Origin: Anaeromyxobacter sp.
GTDB taxonomy: Bacteria > Myxococcota > Myxococcia > Myxococcales > Anaeromyxobacteraceae
Assembly (NCBI GenBank): GCA_049840735.1
Contig: JASGJN010000020.1
Location: 608,001 to 672,000 of the forward strand
DNA length: 64,000 bases
Direction: 5' to 3'
A model generated the notes under the pieces. The model searched no databases. It saw only the letters and a program-made list of their open reading frames with translations, and was not told the DNA's origin. The position numbers and the translations under genes are program-made. Shown here piece after piece: positions 56,205 to 64,000 of the stretch. The stretch's first letter is position 1; each line of letters starts with the position of its first letter.

Positions 56205-56983
56205 TGTTCGAGGTCGAGCGGCTCAGCGTGCAGCTCAACGGCCGGCCGGTGCTGGCCGAGGTCTCCTTCTCGGTCGCCGCCGGGGAGCGGCTGGTGCTGC
56301 TGGGCGTGAACGGCTGCGGGAAGACCACGCTGCTCAAGGTGCTGGACGGGCTCCTGCCGCCGGACGGGGGCGCGGTCCGCTACGACGGGCTGCCGGTCAC
56401 GGCGCAGGCGCTGGAGGGAGCCGTCTTCCGCCGGCGCTTCCGGAGCGAGGTGGGCTTCCTCTTCCAGAACGTGGACGCCATGCTCTTCCACCCCACCGTG
56501 GCCGACGAGATCGCCTTCGGCCCGCGCCAGCTGGGGGTGCCGGACGTGGACCAGCGGGTGCTGCGCTGGGCGCGCACCTTCGACGTGGAGCGGTTCCTGG
56601 ACCAGCCGCCGTTCGAGCTCTCCGGGGGAGAGAAGAAGCGCGTGGCGCTGGCGGCGCTGCTGGCGGTGGGGCCGCGCGTGCTGCTGCTGGACGAGCCCAC
56701 CGCGAACCTGGATCCCGCCTCGGCCGCGCGGCTGGTGGACCTGCTGGCCGAGCTGCCGGACCTGACGGTGATCGCCTCCACCCACAACCTCACGGTGGCG
56801 GAGGAGCTGGGCGCGCGGGCGGTGCTGCTGGCCCCGGGCCGGGCCGGCAGCTGCTGGGACGGGCCCACGCACGACCTGCTCCACGACGAGCAGCGGCTGG
56901 TCGAGTCGGGCCTGGCGCACCGCCACGGGCACAGGCACGGCGGCACCGCGCACGCGCACTACCACGTGCACGATCAGGAGTAG
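56204..56983 (+). CDS. cbiO: ECF ATPase CbiO/NikO with His-rich tail
   Basis: GVNGCGKTT, FQN, LSGGEKKR, LDEPTANLDP; tail HRHGHRHGGTAHAHYHVH. Confidence 0.9.
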   Translation: MFEVERLSVQLNGRPVLAEVSFSVAAGERLVLLGVNGCGKTTLLKVLDGLLPPDGGAVRYDGLPVTAQALEGAVFRRRFRSEVGFLFQNVDAMLFHPTVADEIAFGPRQLGVPDVDQRVLRWARTFDVERFLDQPPFELSGGEKKRVALAALLAVGPRVLLLDEPTANLDPASAARLVDLLAELPDLTVIASTHNLTVAEELGARAVLLAPGRAGSCWDGPTHDLLHDEQRLVESGLAHRHGHRHGGTAHAHYHVHDQE

Positions 56984-56995
56984 CGGGGGATCCCT

Positions 56996-57045
56996 GCCCT
57001 TCGACTCCGCGAGCCCTGCGGGCTCGCTACGCTCAGGGCGAACGG
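56996..57045 (+). repeat. REP-like structured element
   Basis: gccct-TCGACTCC-gcgagccc tgc gggctcgc-TACGCTC-agggc-GAACGG. Confidence 0.88.
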
Positions 57046-57346
57046 GGCTGCGCGTGGCGCCGCTGGTCATCCCCGCCGAGCGGGGCTGCGCGTGGCGCCG
57101 CCGGTCATCCCCGCCGAACGGGGCTGCGCGTGGCGCCGCTGGTCATCCCCGCCGAACGGGGCTGCGCGTGGCGCCGCTGGTCATCCCCGCCGAACGGGGC
57201 TGCGCGTGGCGCCGCTGGTCATCCCCGCCGAACGGGGCTGCGCGTGGCGCCGCTGGTCATCCCCGCCGAGCGGGGCTGCGCGTGGCGCCGCCGGTCATCC
57301 CCGCCGAGCGGGGCTGCGCGTGGCGCCGCCGGTCATCCCCACCGAA
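57043..57346 (+). repeat. Tandem array of 8 x 38 bp
   Basis: Unit cggggctgcgcgtggcgccgc(t/c)ggtcatccccgccga(a/g) at 57043, 57081, 57119, 57157, 57195, 57233, 57271, 57309. Confidence 0.95.
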
Positions 57347-57353
57347 CGGCGCG

Positions 57354-57669
57354 CTACCGCTTCTTCGCCCCGCGCCGCGACGTGCTCGAGCGGGTCGCCT
57401 TCTTCCGCCCGCCCGCGGTGCGGGCCGCGGCGGCGGCCGGGCGGCGGCGCGCGCCGGCGGCGGCCTTCCCGCGCGGCGGCAGCGGCACCCCTGAGCGGCG
57501 GGCCTTGGAGAGGCCGATGGCGATGGCCTGCTTGCGCGAGCGGACGCCGTGCTTGCCGCGCTTCACGTGCTCCATCTCCTCCTTCACGAACTCGCCCGCG
57601 GCGGTGGTGGGGCGCTTGCCCTCCGCCAGAATCCTTCCGGGCACGGTCCTTGGTGGTCTTCCAGGGCAT
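57354..57669 (-). CDS. Small basic protein (DUF6496-like), frameshift ~57631
   Basis: MPWKTTKDRARKD|LAEGKRPTTAAGEFVKEEMEH...SRKQAIAIGLSKARR. Confidence 0.72.
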
Positions 57670-57720
57670 GTGGCCTCCGCCGCAAGCCTGGGCATGCCGT
57701 CGCCCGGGTGCACGCCGCGG

Positions 57721-58419
57721 TCAGCGGTGGCCCGGGCGATACCCTGCGAAGACGGCGAAGTGGTGCCAGGCGTAGTAGCACCCGACCCGCTCCAGCCCGG
57801 CCTCGCGCAGCCAGTCCAGCTGGGGCGCCAGCGGCGCCAGCACATCCACGCGCGTCCGCTCCAGCGCGGCGCCCAGCTCCTGCTCGCCGGAACCGGTGGC
57901 GCGGATGGCGTCGATCCAGGCCTGGCGGTGGAGCGCCTGGACGGCCGGATCCTCGGCCTGCACGTTGTCGGCGTTGACCAGCGCGCCGCCCGGCGCCAGC
58001 GCCGCCCCCGCGGCCGCGTAGAGCGCGCGCTTCTCGGCGTCCTGCAGGTGGTGGATGGAGAGGGCCGACACGATCGCGTCCCAGGGCCCCCCCAGCGGCG
58101 CGGTGCGGTAGTCCGCCACCCTGAAGCCGATCCGCTCGCCCCCCGCCGCGAGACGCTGGCGCGCCCGGGCCAGCATGGCCTCCGAGGCGTCGAGCAGCTC
58201 CACCCGCGCGTTCGGGAAGCGGCGCGCGACCGCCTCGGCCAGGAGCCCGGTGCCCGCACCCACGTCCAGGACCCGCAGCGGGGCCTCGCGGTCGAAGCGG
58301 AGCAGGTCCACCGCCATCCCGTAGAAGCCGTCGAAGCACGGGATGAGCTGGCGGCGGAGCTGGTCGTAGCCGTCCGCCGCCGCCTCGAAGACCTGCGCCG
58401 CCTCGGTGTGTGCCGCCAT
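57721..58419 (-). CDS. Class I SAM-dependent methyltransferase
   Basis: VLDVGAGTG, LLDAS..ML, SALSIHHL, L.PGG..VNAD. Confidence 0.9.
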   Translation of the reverse strand: MAAHTEAAQVFEAAADGYDQLRRQLIPCFDGFYGMAVDLLRFDREAPLRVLDVGAGTGLLAEAVARRFPNARVELLDASEAMLARARQRLAAGGERIGFRVADYRTAPLGGPWDAIVSALSIHHLQDAEKRALYAAAGAALAPGGALVNADNVQAEDPAVQALHRQAWIDAIRATGSGEQELGAALERTRVDVLAPLAPQLDWLREAGLERVGCYYAWHHFAVFAGYRPGHR

Positions 58420-58543
58420 GCGGGCATCCTTGCGGAACGGCACGCCGCCGTCGAGCGACACCGGGCCGCGCCGGGGCGCGCGAGCCTCCCCCCGCAAAGC
58501 GCCGCACCCGCGGGACCCGGGGGATGGGCTAACCTGGGCGGCG

Positions 58544-59218
58544 ATGGACACCACCGCCCTGGCGCTCTCGGCCCGGCTGGCCGCGCTCACCACCGGCCTG
58601 CTGCTGCTGCTCGGACTGCCGCTGGCGGCCTGGCTCGCCACCACCCGCTGCCGCGTGCGCTTCCTGGTCGAGGCGGTGGTGGCGCTGCCGCTGGTGCTCC
58701 CGCCCACCGTGCTCGGCTTCTATCTCCTCGTCGGCATGGGGCCGCGCGCCCCCCTCGGCCGCGCCTTCGCCTGGCTGGCCGGCCATCCCTTCCCCTTCTC
58801 CTTCACCGGGCTCTTGCTGGCCTCGGTCCTCTACAGCCTGCCCTTCGCCGTGCAGCCCTTCACGGCGGCGCTGGCCGGCGTGGACCGACGGCTGGTCGAG
58901 GCGGCCCACACGCTGGGGGCCTCGCGCCTGGGCGCCTTCCTGCGCGTGACCCTGCCGCTGGCCTGGCCCGGCGTCCTGGCCGGCGCGGTGCTGACCTTCG
59001 CGCACACGCTGGGTGAGTTCGGCGTGGTGCTGATGGTGGGCGGGAACATCCCCGGCCAGACCCGGACGCTGGCGGTGGCCATCTTCGACCAGGTCGAGGC
59101 GCTGGACTACGCGGCGGCGCACCGGACCGCCGGGCTGCTGCTGCTCACCTCCTTCGCCGTGCTGGCCCTGGTCTACGCCCTGCAGCGGCGCGCGCTCTCG
59201 TCATGGCCTGGACGCTGA
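58544..59218 (+). CDS. modB: Molybdate ABC transporter permease
   Basis: LPLVLPPTVLGFYLL, EAA.TLGA, FAHTLGEFGVVLMVGGNIPG.T. Confidence 0.93.
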   Translation: MDTTALALSARLAALTTGLLLLLGLPLAAWLATTRCRVRFLVEAVVALPLVLPPTVLGFYLLVGMGPRAPLGRAFAWLAGHPFPFSFTGLLLASVLYSLPFAVQPFTAALAGVDRRLVEAAHTLGASRLGAFLRVTLPLAWPGVLAGAVLTFAHTLGEFGVVLMVGGNIPGQTRTLAVAIFDQVEALDYAAAHRTAGLLLLTSFAVLALVYALQRRALSSWPGR

Positions 59219-60297
59219 GCCTGGACCTGGTCCGCCGCTTCCCGCGCGGCCCCACCGTCACGGCCCGCGCCAGCTGGCCGCTGGGCGGCGCGCCGGTGAC
59301 GGTGCTGTTCGGCCCCTCCGGCTCGGGCAAGACCACCGTGCTGCGCGCCCTGGCCGGCCTCGACCGGCCGGACGAGGGGCAGATCTCCTTCGAGGGCGAG
59401 GCCTGGTTCGACGCGCGGCGCCGGCTCTTCGTGCCGCCGCAGCGCCGGCGCGTGGGCGTCCTCTTCCAGGAGTACGCGCTCTTCCCGCACCTGAGCGTGG
59501 CGGCCAACGTGGCCTTCGGGCTGCGGGCGCTCCCGCGCGCCGCGCAGCGGGCGCGGGTGGCCGAGCTGGCCGGGTGGCTGGGGCTCACGCCGCTGCTGGC
59601 GCGCCGGCCCGCCGAGCTCTCCGGCGGCCAGCGGCAGCGGGTGGCCCTGGCGCGCGCGCTGGCCCCGCGGCCGCGGCTGCTGCTGCTGGACGAGCCGCTC
59701 TCGGCGCTCGACGCCCCCACGCGCGAGGCGCTGCGCGGCGAGCTCCGCCACCTGCTCGAGTCGGCCGGCGTGCCCGCGGTGGTGGTGACCCACGACCGCG
59801 TCGAGGCGCTGGCGCTGGGCGACCGGCTGGTGGTGCTGGCCGGGGGGGGCGTGCGGCAGATCGGGCCGGTGCACGAGGTCTTCTCCGCCCCCGCCGACGC
59901 CGAGGTGGCGCGGGTGGTGGGGACGGAGAACGTGCTGCCCGCCCGCCTGGAGCGGCGCGAGGACGGCCTGGTGCGGGTGCGCGCCGGCGGCGCCGAGCTG
60001 GTGGCGGTGGATCCGGGCGGGCTCGAGGCCGAGGCCTACGCCTGCGTGCGGGCGGAGGACGTGGTGGTCGAGCCGGAGGAGGCGGTGCACCTCAGCTCGG
60101 CGCAGAACCAGCTCCGCGGCAGGGTGGTCGCGCGCCGGGAGGAGGGGCCGCTGGTCCGGCTCACGCTCGACTGCGGCGTGACGCTGGTGGCGCTGGTGAC
60201 GCGCCAGAGCGCCGAGCGGCTCGGCCTCGATCCCGGGCGCGCCGTGTGCGCCGTCGTCAAGGCCCCCAACGTGCGCCTGGTGACGCGCTGCGACTGA
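59203..60297 (+). CDS. modC: Molybdate ABC ATPase with TOBE domain
   Basis: GPSGSGKTT, FQEYALFPHL, LSGGQRQR, DEPLSALD; SAQNQL.G TOBE. Confidence 0.9.
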   Translation: MAWTLSLDLVRRFPRGPTVTARASWPLGGAPVTVLFGPSGSGKTTVLRALAGLDRPDEGQISFEGEAWFDARRRLFVPPQRRRVGVLFQEYALFPHLSVAANVAFGLRALPRAAQRARVAELAGWLGLTPLLARRPAELSGGQRQRVALARALAPRPRLLLLDEPLSALDAPTREALRGELRHLLESAGVPAVVVTHDRVEALALGDRLVVLAGGGVRQIGPVHEVFSAPADAEVARVVGTENVLPARLERREDGLVRVRAGGAELVAVDPGGLEAEAYACVRAEDVVVEPEEAVHLSSAQNQLRGRVVARREEGPLVRLTLDCGVTLVALVTRQSAERLGLDPGRAVCAVVKAPNVRLVTRCD

Positions 60298-60481
60298 GCG
60301 GCGCCGCCGTGGACGTTCACCCCACCGGCTTCGGGATCCGTGCGTCGCGTACCGCCCTTCGAGGACGCGCGCCCGGGCCCTGGGCACCTGCTGCGCTTCC
60401 TGGCGCGCCGGCGCGGGTGCGCCCGGCGCGCACCTCGCGCCTGCGGGTTGCCGCGGCTCGCGGCCTCTGGTACGCGGGGAC

Positions 60482-63030
60482 ATGCTCCCGGGAGTCCGCC
60501 GCAACGCCGGCCTCGTCCTGCTGACCTGCGCCTGCCTCGCCCCCGCGGCCGCCGCCGGGCTCGATCCCCTCCATCCCGGTCTCCGCAGCTGGCGCACGAC
60601 GCCTTCGGCGAGGCCGACGGGCTGCCGCCGGGCTCCCTCCAGTCGTTCACGCAGACGCCCGACGGCATCCTCTGGTTCGCCTCGGACGAAGGGATCGTCC
60701 GCTACGACGGCGACCGGTTCGAGGTGCTCGACCGGACGCGGCTGCCGGGCCTGCCCTCCGACCTGGTCACCGGCGTGCGGGCCGTGGGGAGCACGCTCTG
60801 GGTGGGCACCGAGGCCGGCCCCGCGCGCATCGAGCGCGGCGTGGTGGTCCCCCTGCCGCCGGGCGGGCCGGACACGGGCGGACGCACCCCGTTCGTCGAG
60901 CCGGACGGCACCGCCTGGTTCCCCAGCAGCCAGGGCGTCCACCGGCTGCAGGGGACCACCTGGCGCCGCTTCAACATGCAGGACGGCCTGCCCGATGACC
61001 GGATCACCTCCATCGAGGGCGACGGGGCCGGGACGCTCTGGGTGGCCACCGCCGGCGGCCTGGCCCGGCGCGAGGGCGAGCGGTTCGTGCCCGGCCCGGC
61101 GCCCCTGGACAGGCTCCCCATCTATAGGCTGCAGACCGGGCGCTCCGGGGCGCTCCACGTCGGCACCATCACCGCCGGCCTGGCGCGGCTGCTGGGCGGG
61201 AAGCTCACCTGGTGGGGGCCGGACCAGGGCCTGCCGGCGCTGGTGGCCGGCGTCGCCGAGGACCGCGACGGCGCCCTCTGGTTCGGGACGCCCACCGGCC
61301 TGTACCGGAGCGCGAACGGGCAGCTGGAGCGCTACGGCCGCGCGCAGGGGCTGCCGGACGACCGGATCTGGGACGTCCGCGAGGACGCCGAGGGCTCGAT
61401 CTGGGTGGGCCCGCAGTCCGGCGGGCTGCACCGGCTGCGCGCCGCCGACGTGGTGACGGTGGGGCCGCCCGAGGGGCTGCCGCTGGACAGCGTCAGCGCG
61501 GTGGTCGCCGATCGCGAGGGCGGCATCTGGGTGGCCACCGGCGAGGGGCTGGCGCGGGTCGCCGGCGGCCGGGCCGTGCCGGTCGCCGACCCGCGGCTGC
61601 GTCGGGCCGACGTGGTCGCGGCGCTCTGCGACCAGGCCGGCGCGCTCTGGTTCGGCACCACCCACGGCGAGGTGGCGCGGCTGCGCGGCGGCCAGGTCAC
61701 CTGGTGGCGCGGGCCGGGCGCGCCCGCCGCGCCGGTGCGCGCCATCGAGCAGGACGGCACCGGCCGGATTCGGATCGGGACGGAGCTGGGGCTGGCCTGG
61801 CTGGAGGGTGACCGGCTGGTGACGGCCGGCCCGGCGCAGGGCGTCCCGGCCGACATGAGCGTGGAGCTGCTGGCGCGCGACACCGGCGGCGCGCTGCTGG
61901 TGGCCTCCTCCACGCTGGGCGTCCTCCGCTTCGACGGCGCGCGGCTCGCGCCGCTGCCGGGCGGCCCGCCGCCACGCCTGGGCGTCAACGCCATGCTGGC
62001 CGATCCGGACGGCACGCTCTGGCTCGCCACGCTGGGCGGCGGGCTCTGGCGCCTGCGCGACGGGCGCGCGCGGGCGCTGACGCAGGCCGAGGGCCTGCCC
62101 CACGACGCGCCCTGGACGCTGCTGGACGACCGGCACGGCAACATCTGGACCTCGTCCAACCGCGGCATCGCGCGGCTCTCCCGCGCCGATCTGGAGGGCG
62201 TGCTGGCCGGCAAGCGCCCCAGGCTTGCCGCCGAGCGGCTGGGACGCGCCGCCGGGATGCGCAGCGCCGAGACCAACGCCGGCGCCCCCGGCGGCGCGGT
62301 GGACCGCGCCGGGCGGCTCTGGTTCGCCACGGTGAAGGGGGTCGCCTCGGTGGACCCGGCGCGCCCGCGCACCGGGGCGGCGCCGCCCAGCACGCAGGTC
62401 TTCGAGGTGGTGGTGGACGGCCGCCGCATGGCGGTGGACGGCCCGCTGGCGCTGCCGGCCGGCGTGCGCCGGCTCGAGCTCCACTTCCGGCCCCAGACGC
62501 TGCTCCCCGACGACGGCCGCGCCCACCGCTTCCAGCTGGTCGGGTTCGACACGGCGCCGGTGGAGACGCCCTTTCGCAGCGCGGCGTACACGCACCTGCC
62601 GCACGGCGCGTACACCTTCCAGGTCGAGTCGCGGGCCCGCGACGGCGCCTGGGGGCCGGTGGGCCGGCTGCGCGTCGACGTGGCGCCCTTCCCGTGGGAG
62701 ACGCTCCCCTTCCAGCTGGGCGCCGCGTTGACGGCGCTCCTCTTCCTGGGCGGCGTCATCGCCTGGCGTATCCGCTACCACCGCGCCCGCGAGGCCGAGC
62801 TGCAGGCGCGCGTCGAGGACGCGCTGGCGCAGGTGCGCACGCTGCGCGGCCTGCTCCCGGTCTGCGCCTGGTGCCGCAAGGTGAGGACCGACGGCGGCTA
62901 CTGGCAGAAGCTGGAGTCGTACGTGCAGGCCCACACGCACGCGAAGTTCAGCCACGCGATGTGCCCGGAGTGCTACCAGCGGGAGATGGGGGAGCACCCG
63001 GACCGCAAGCCGGATGAGGAGGCGGGGTAG
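60482..63030 (+). CDS. Membrane sensor: Reg_prop beta-propellers + Y_Y_Y-like domain + TM + short Cys-rich cytoplasmic domain (no kinase); frameshift ~60565-60585
   Basis: Repeated GLP.D.I..I.ED..G.LW.AT; YTHLPHGAYTFQV; LPVCAWCRKVR...SHAMCPEC. Confidence 0.82.
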
Positions 63031-63042
63031 CCCGCCACCCGC

Positions 63043-64000
63043 TCACCCGCCGCTGGCCGCCGGCGCCCCCGCCACCTCGGTCCGCTCCTTCCACCCACCG
63101 CCCAGCGCCCGATAGAGCTCGACCAGGTTCGTGAGCTTGGCCTGGCGCGAGCGGATCAGCAGGGCCTGCGCGTCATAGAGAATCGCGCTGGGCCGTGAGC
63201 ACGGCCAGGTAGCTGTCCACGCCCTTGCGGTAGCGGAGATCGGCCAGGTGGAAGCGCCGCTCCTCGGCGCTCACCCGCGCCTGGCCCGCGGCGAGCTGCT
63301 CCTCCAGCGCGCCGCGGGACTCGAGCGCGTCGGCCACCTCGCGGAAGGCCACCTGGATGGCGCGCTCGTACGAGGCCACCTGGATCGACCTGCGGACCTG
63401 GGCCACGTCCAGGCCGGCCCGCAGCGCGCCGCCCTGGAAGATGGGCAGCGTGAGGCGCGGGGCGAAGCTCCAGGTGCCGGTGCCGGCGCCGAACAGGCCG
63501 GAGAGCTCGGGGCTGAGGCTGCCGGCCGAACCGGTCAGGGTCACGGTGGGGAAGAAGGCGGCGCGGGCGGCGCCGATGGAGGCGTTGGCGGCGCGCAGCT
63601 GGTGCTCTGCGGAGAGGACGTCCGGCCGGCGCTGCAACACCTCCGAGGGCAGGCCGGCCGGGAGCTCGGCCACCAGCGGCTGCGCGTCCAGCGGCAGCGG
63701 CTCCGGGAGCCCCTCCGGCAGCGGGCTGCCCACCAGCAGCACCAGCGCCTCCTGCGCCTGGTTGCGGGTCCGCTCCGCCACCGAGAGGTTGAAGCGGGCG
63801 GTGGCCACCTGGGCCTCGGCGATCCGGACGTCCAGCTCCGACACCTGGCCGCCCTGGTAGATGCGCTGCACCAGCGCCTGGCTGGCCTGGACGGCCTGCA
63901 GGGTCTGCCGCGCCAGCGCCACCTGGTCGTCCCCGGCGCGGACCGCCAGGTACTGCGTGGCCACCTCGGCCACCAGCGCTAGCTGCGCGCTGCGCCGCGC
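63043..64000 (-). CDS. NodT/OprM efflux outer-membrane factor (partial, 5' end outside window), frameshift ~63182
   Basis: P.GLPSEVL.RRPDV..AE..L.AANA.IGAARAAFFP; LYRALGGGW. Confidence 0.9.

Noticed and set aside
57043..57346. CRISPR or coding repeat
   Set aside because: No spacers; 38 bp is not a multiple of 3, and the overlapping ORFs are repeat artefacts.

Overview
Very GC-rich bacterial chromosomal window, most consistent with an Anaeromyxobacter-like myxobacterium (inferred from gene content and codon style). It is densely coding with about 55 genes: Prim-PolC/LigC DNA repair, a GH13 amylase, PPi-dependent PFK, rubrerythrin, a RIO kinase, a metB-like lyase, a DUF2892-TolC-MFP-RND efflux operon, argG, mqnD, a 2-hydroxyacyl-CoA dehydratase trio, a Ni/Co ECF uptake operon, modBC and a beta-propeller sensor. 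I see no rRNA, tRNA, CRISPR-cas, transposase or integrase. The main non-routine signals are four. (1) A structured REP-like element (stem-TCGAC...GCTC-stem-GAACGG, with a covarying outer stem and an exchangeable inner hairpin) occurs about 22 times, including a 13 x 111-112 bp tandem array capped by an inverted copy and two copies translated inside the RIO kinase tail; a separate 8 x 38 bp array is fused to another copy. (2) A lipoprotein appears to carry the Pseudoalteromonas alpha-amylase 'C-terminal propeptide' domain at its N-terminus, fused to an HEXXH gluzincin-like domain, next to an amylase. (3) About 14 small indels break 12 genes and cluster at GATC and GAGACC/GGTCTC, probably long-read errors that betray host methylation motifs. 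(4) The Ni/Co operon has four proteins predicted to begin with His (at residue 1 or 2) and abuts a kdpE remnant. All product calls come from motif recognition only; no database searches were run.
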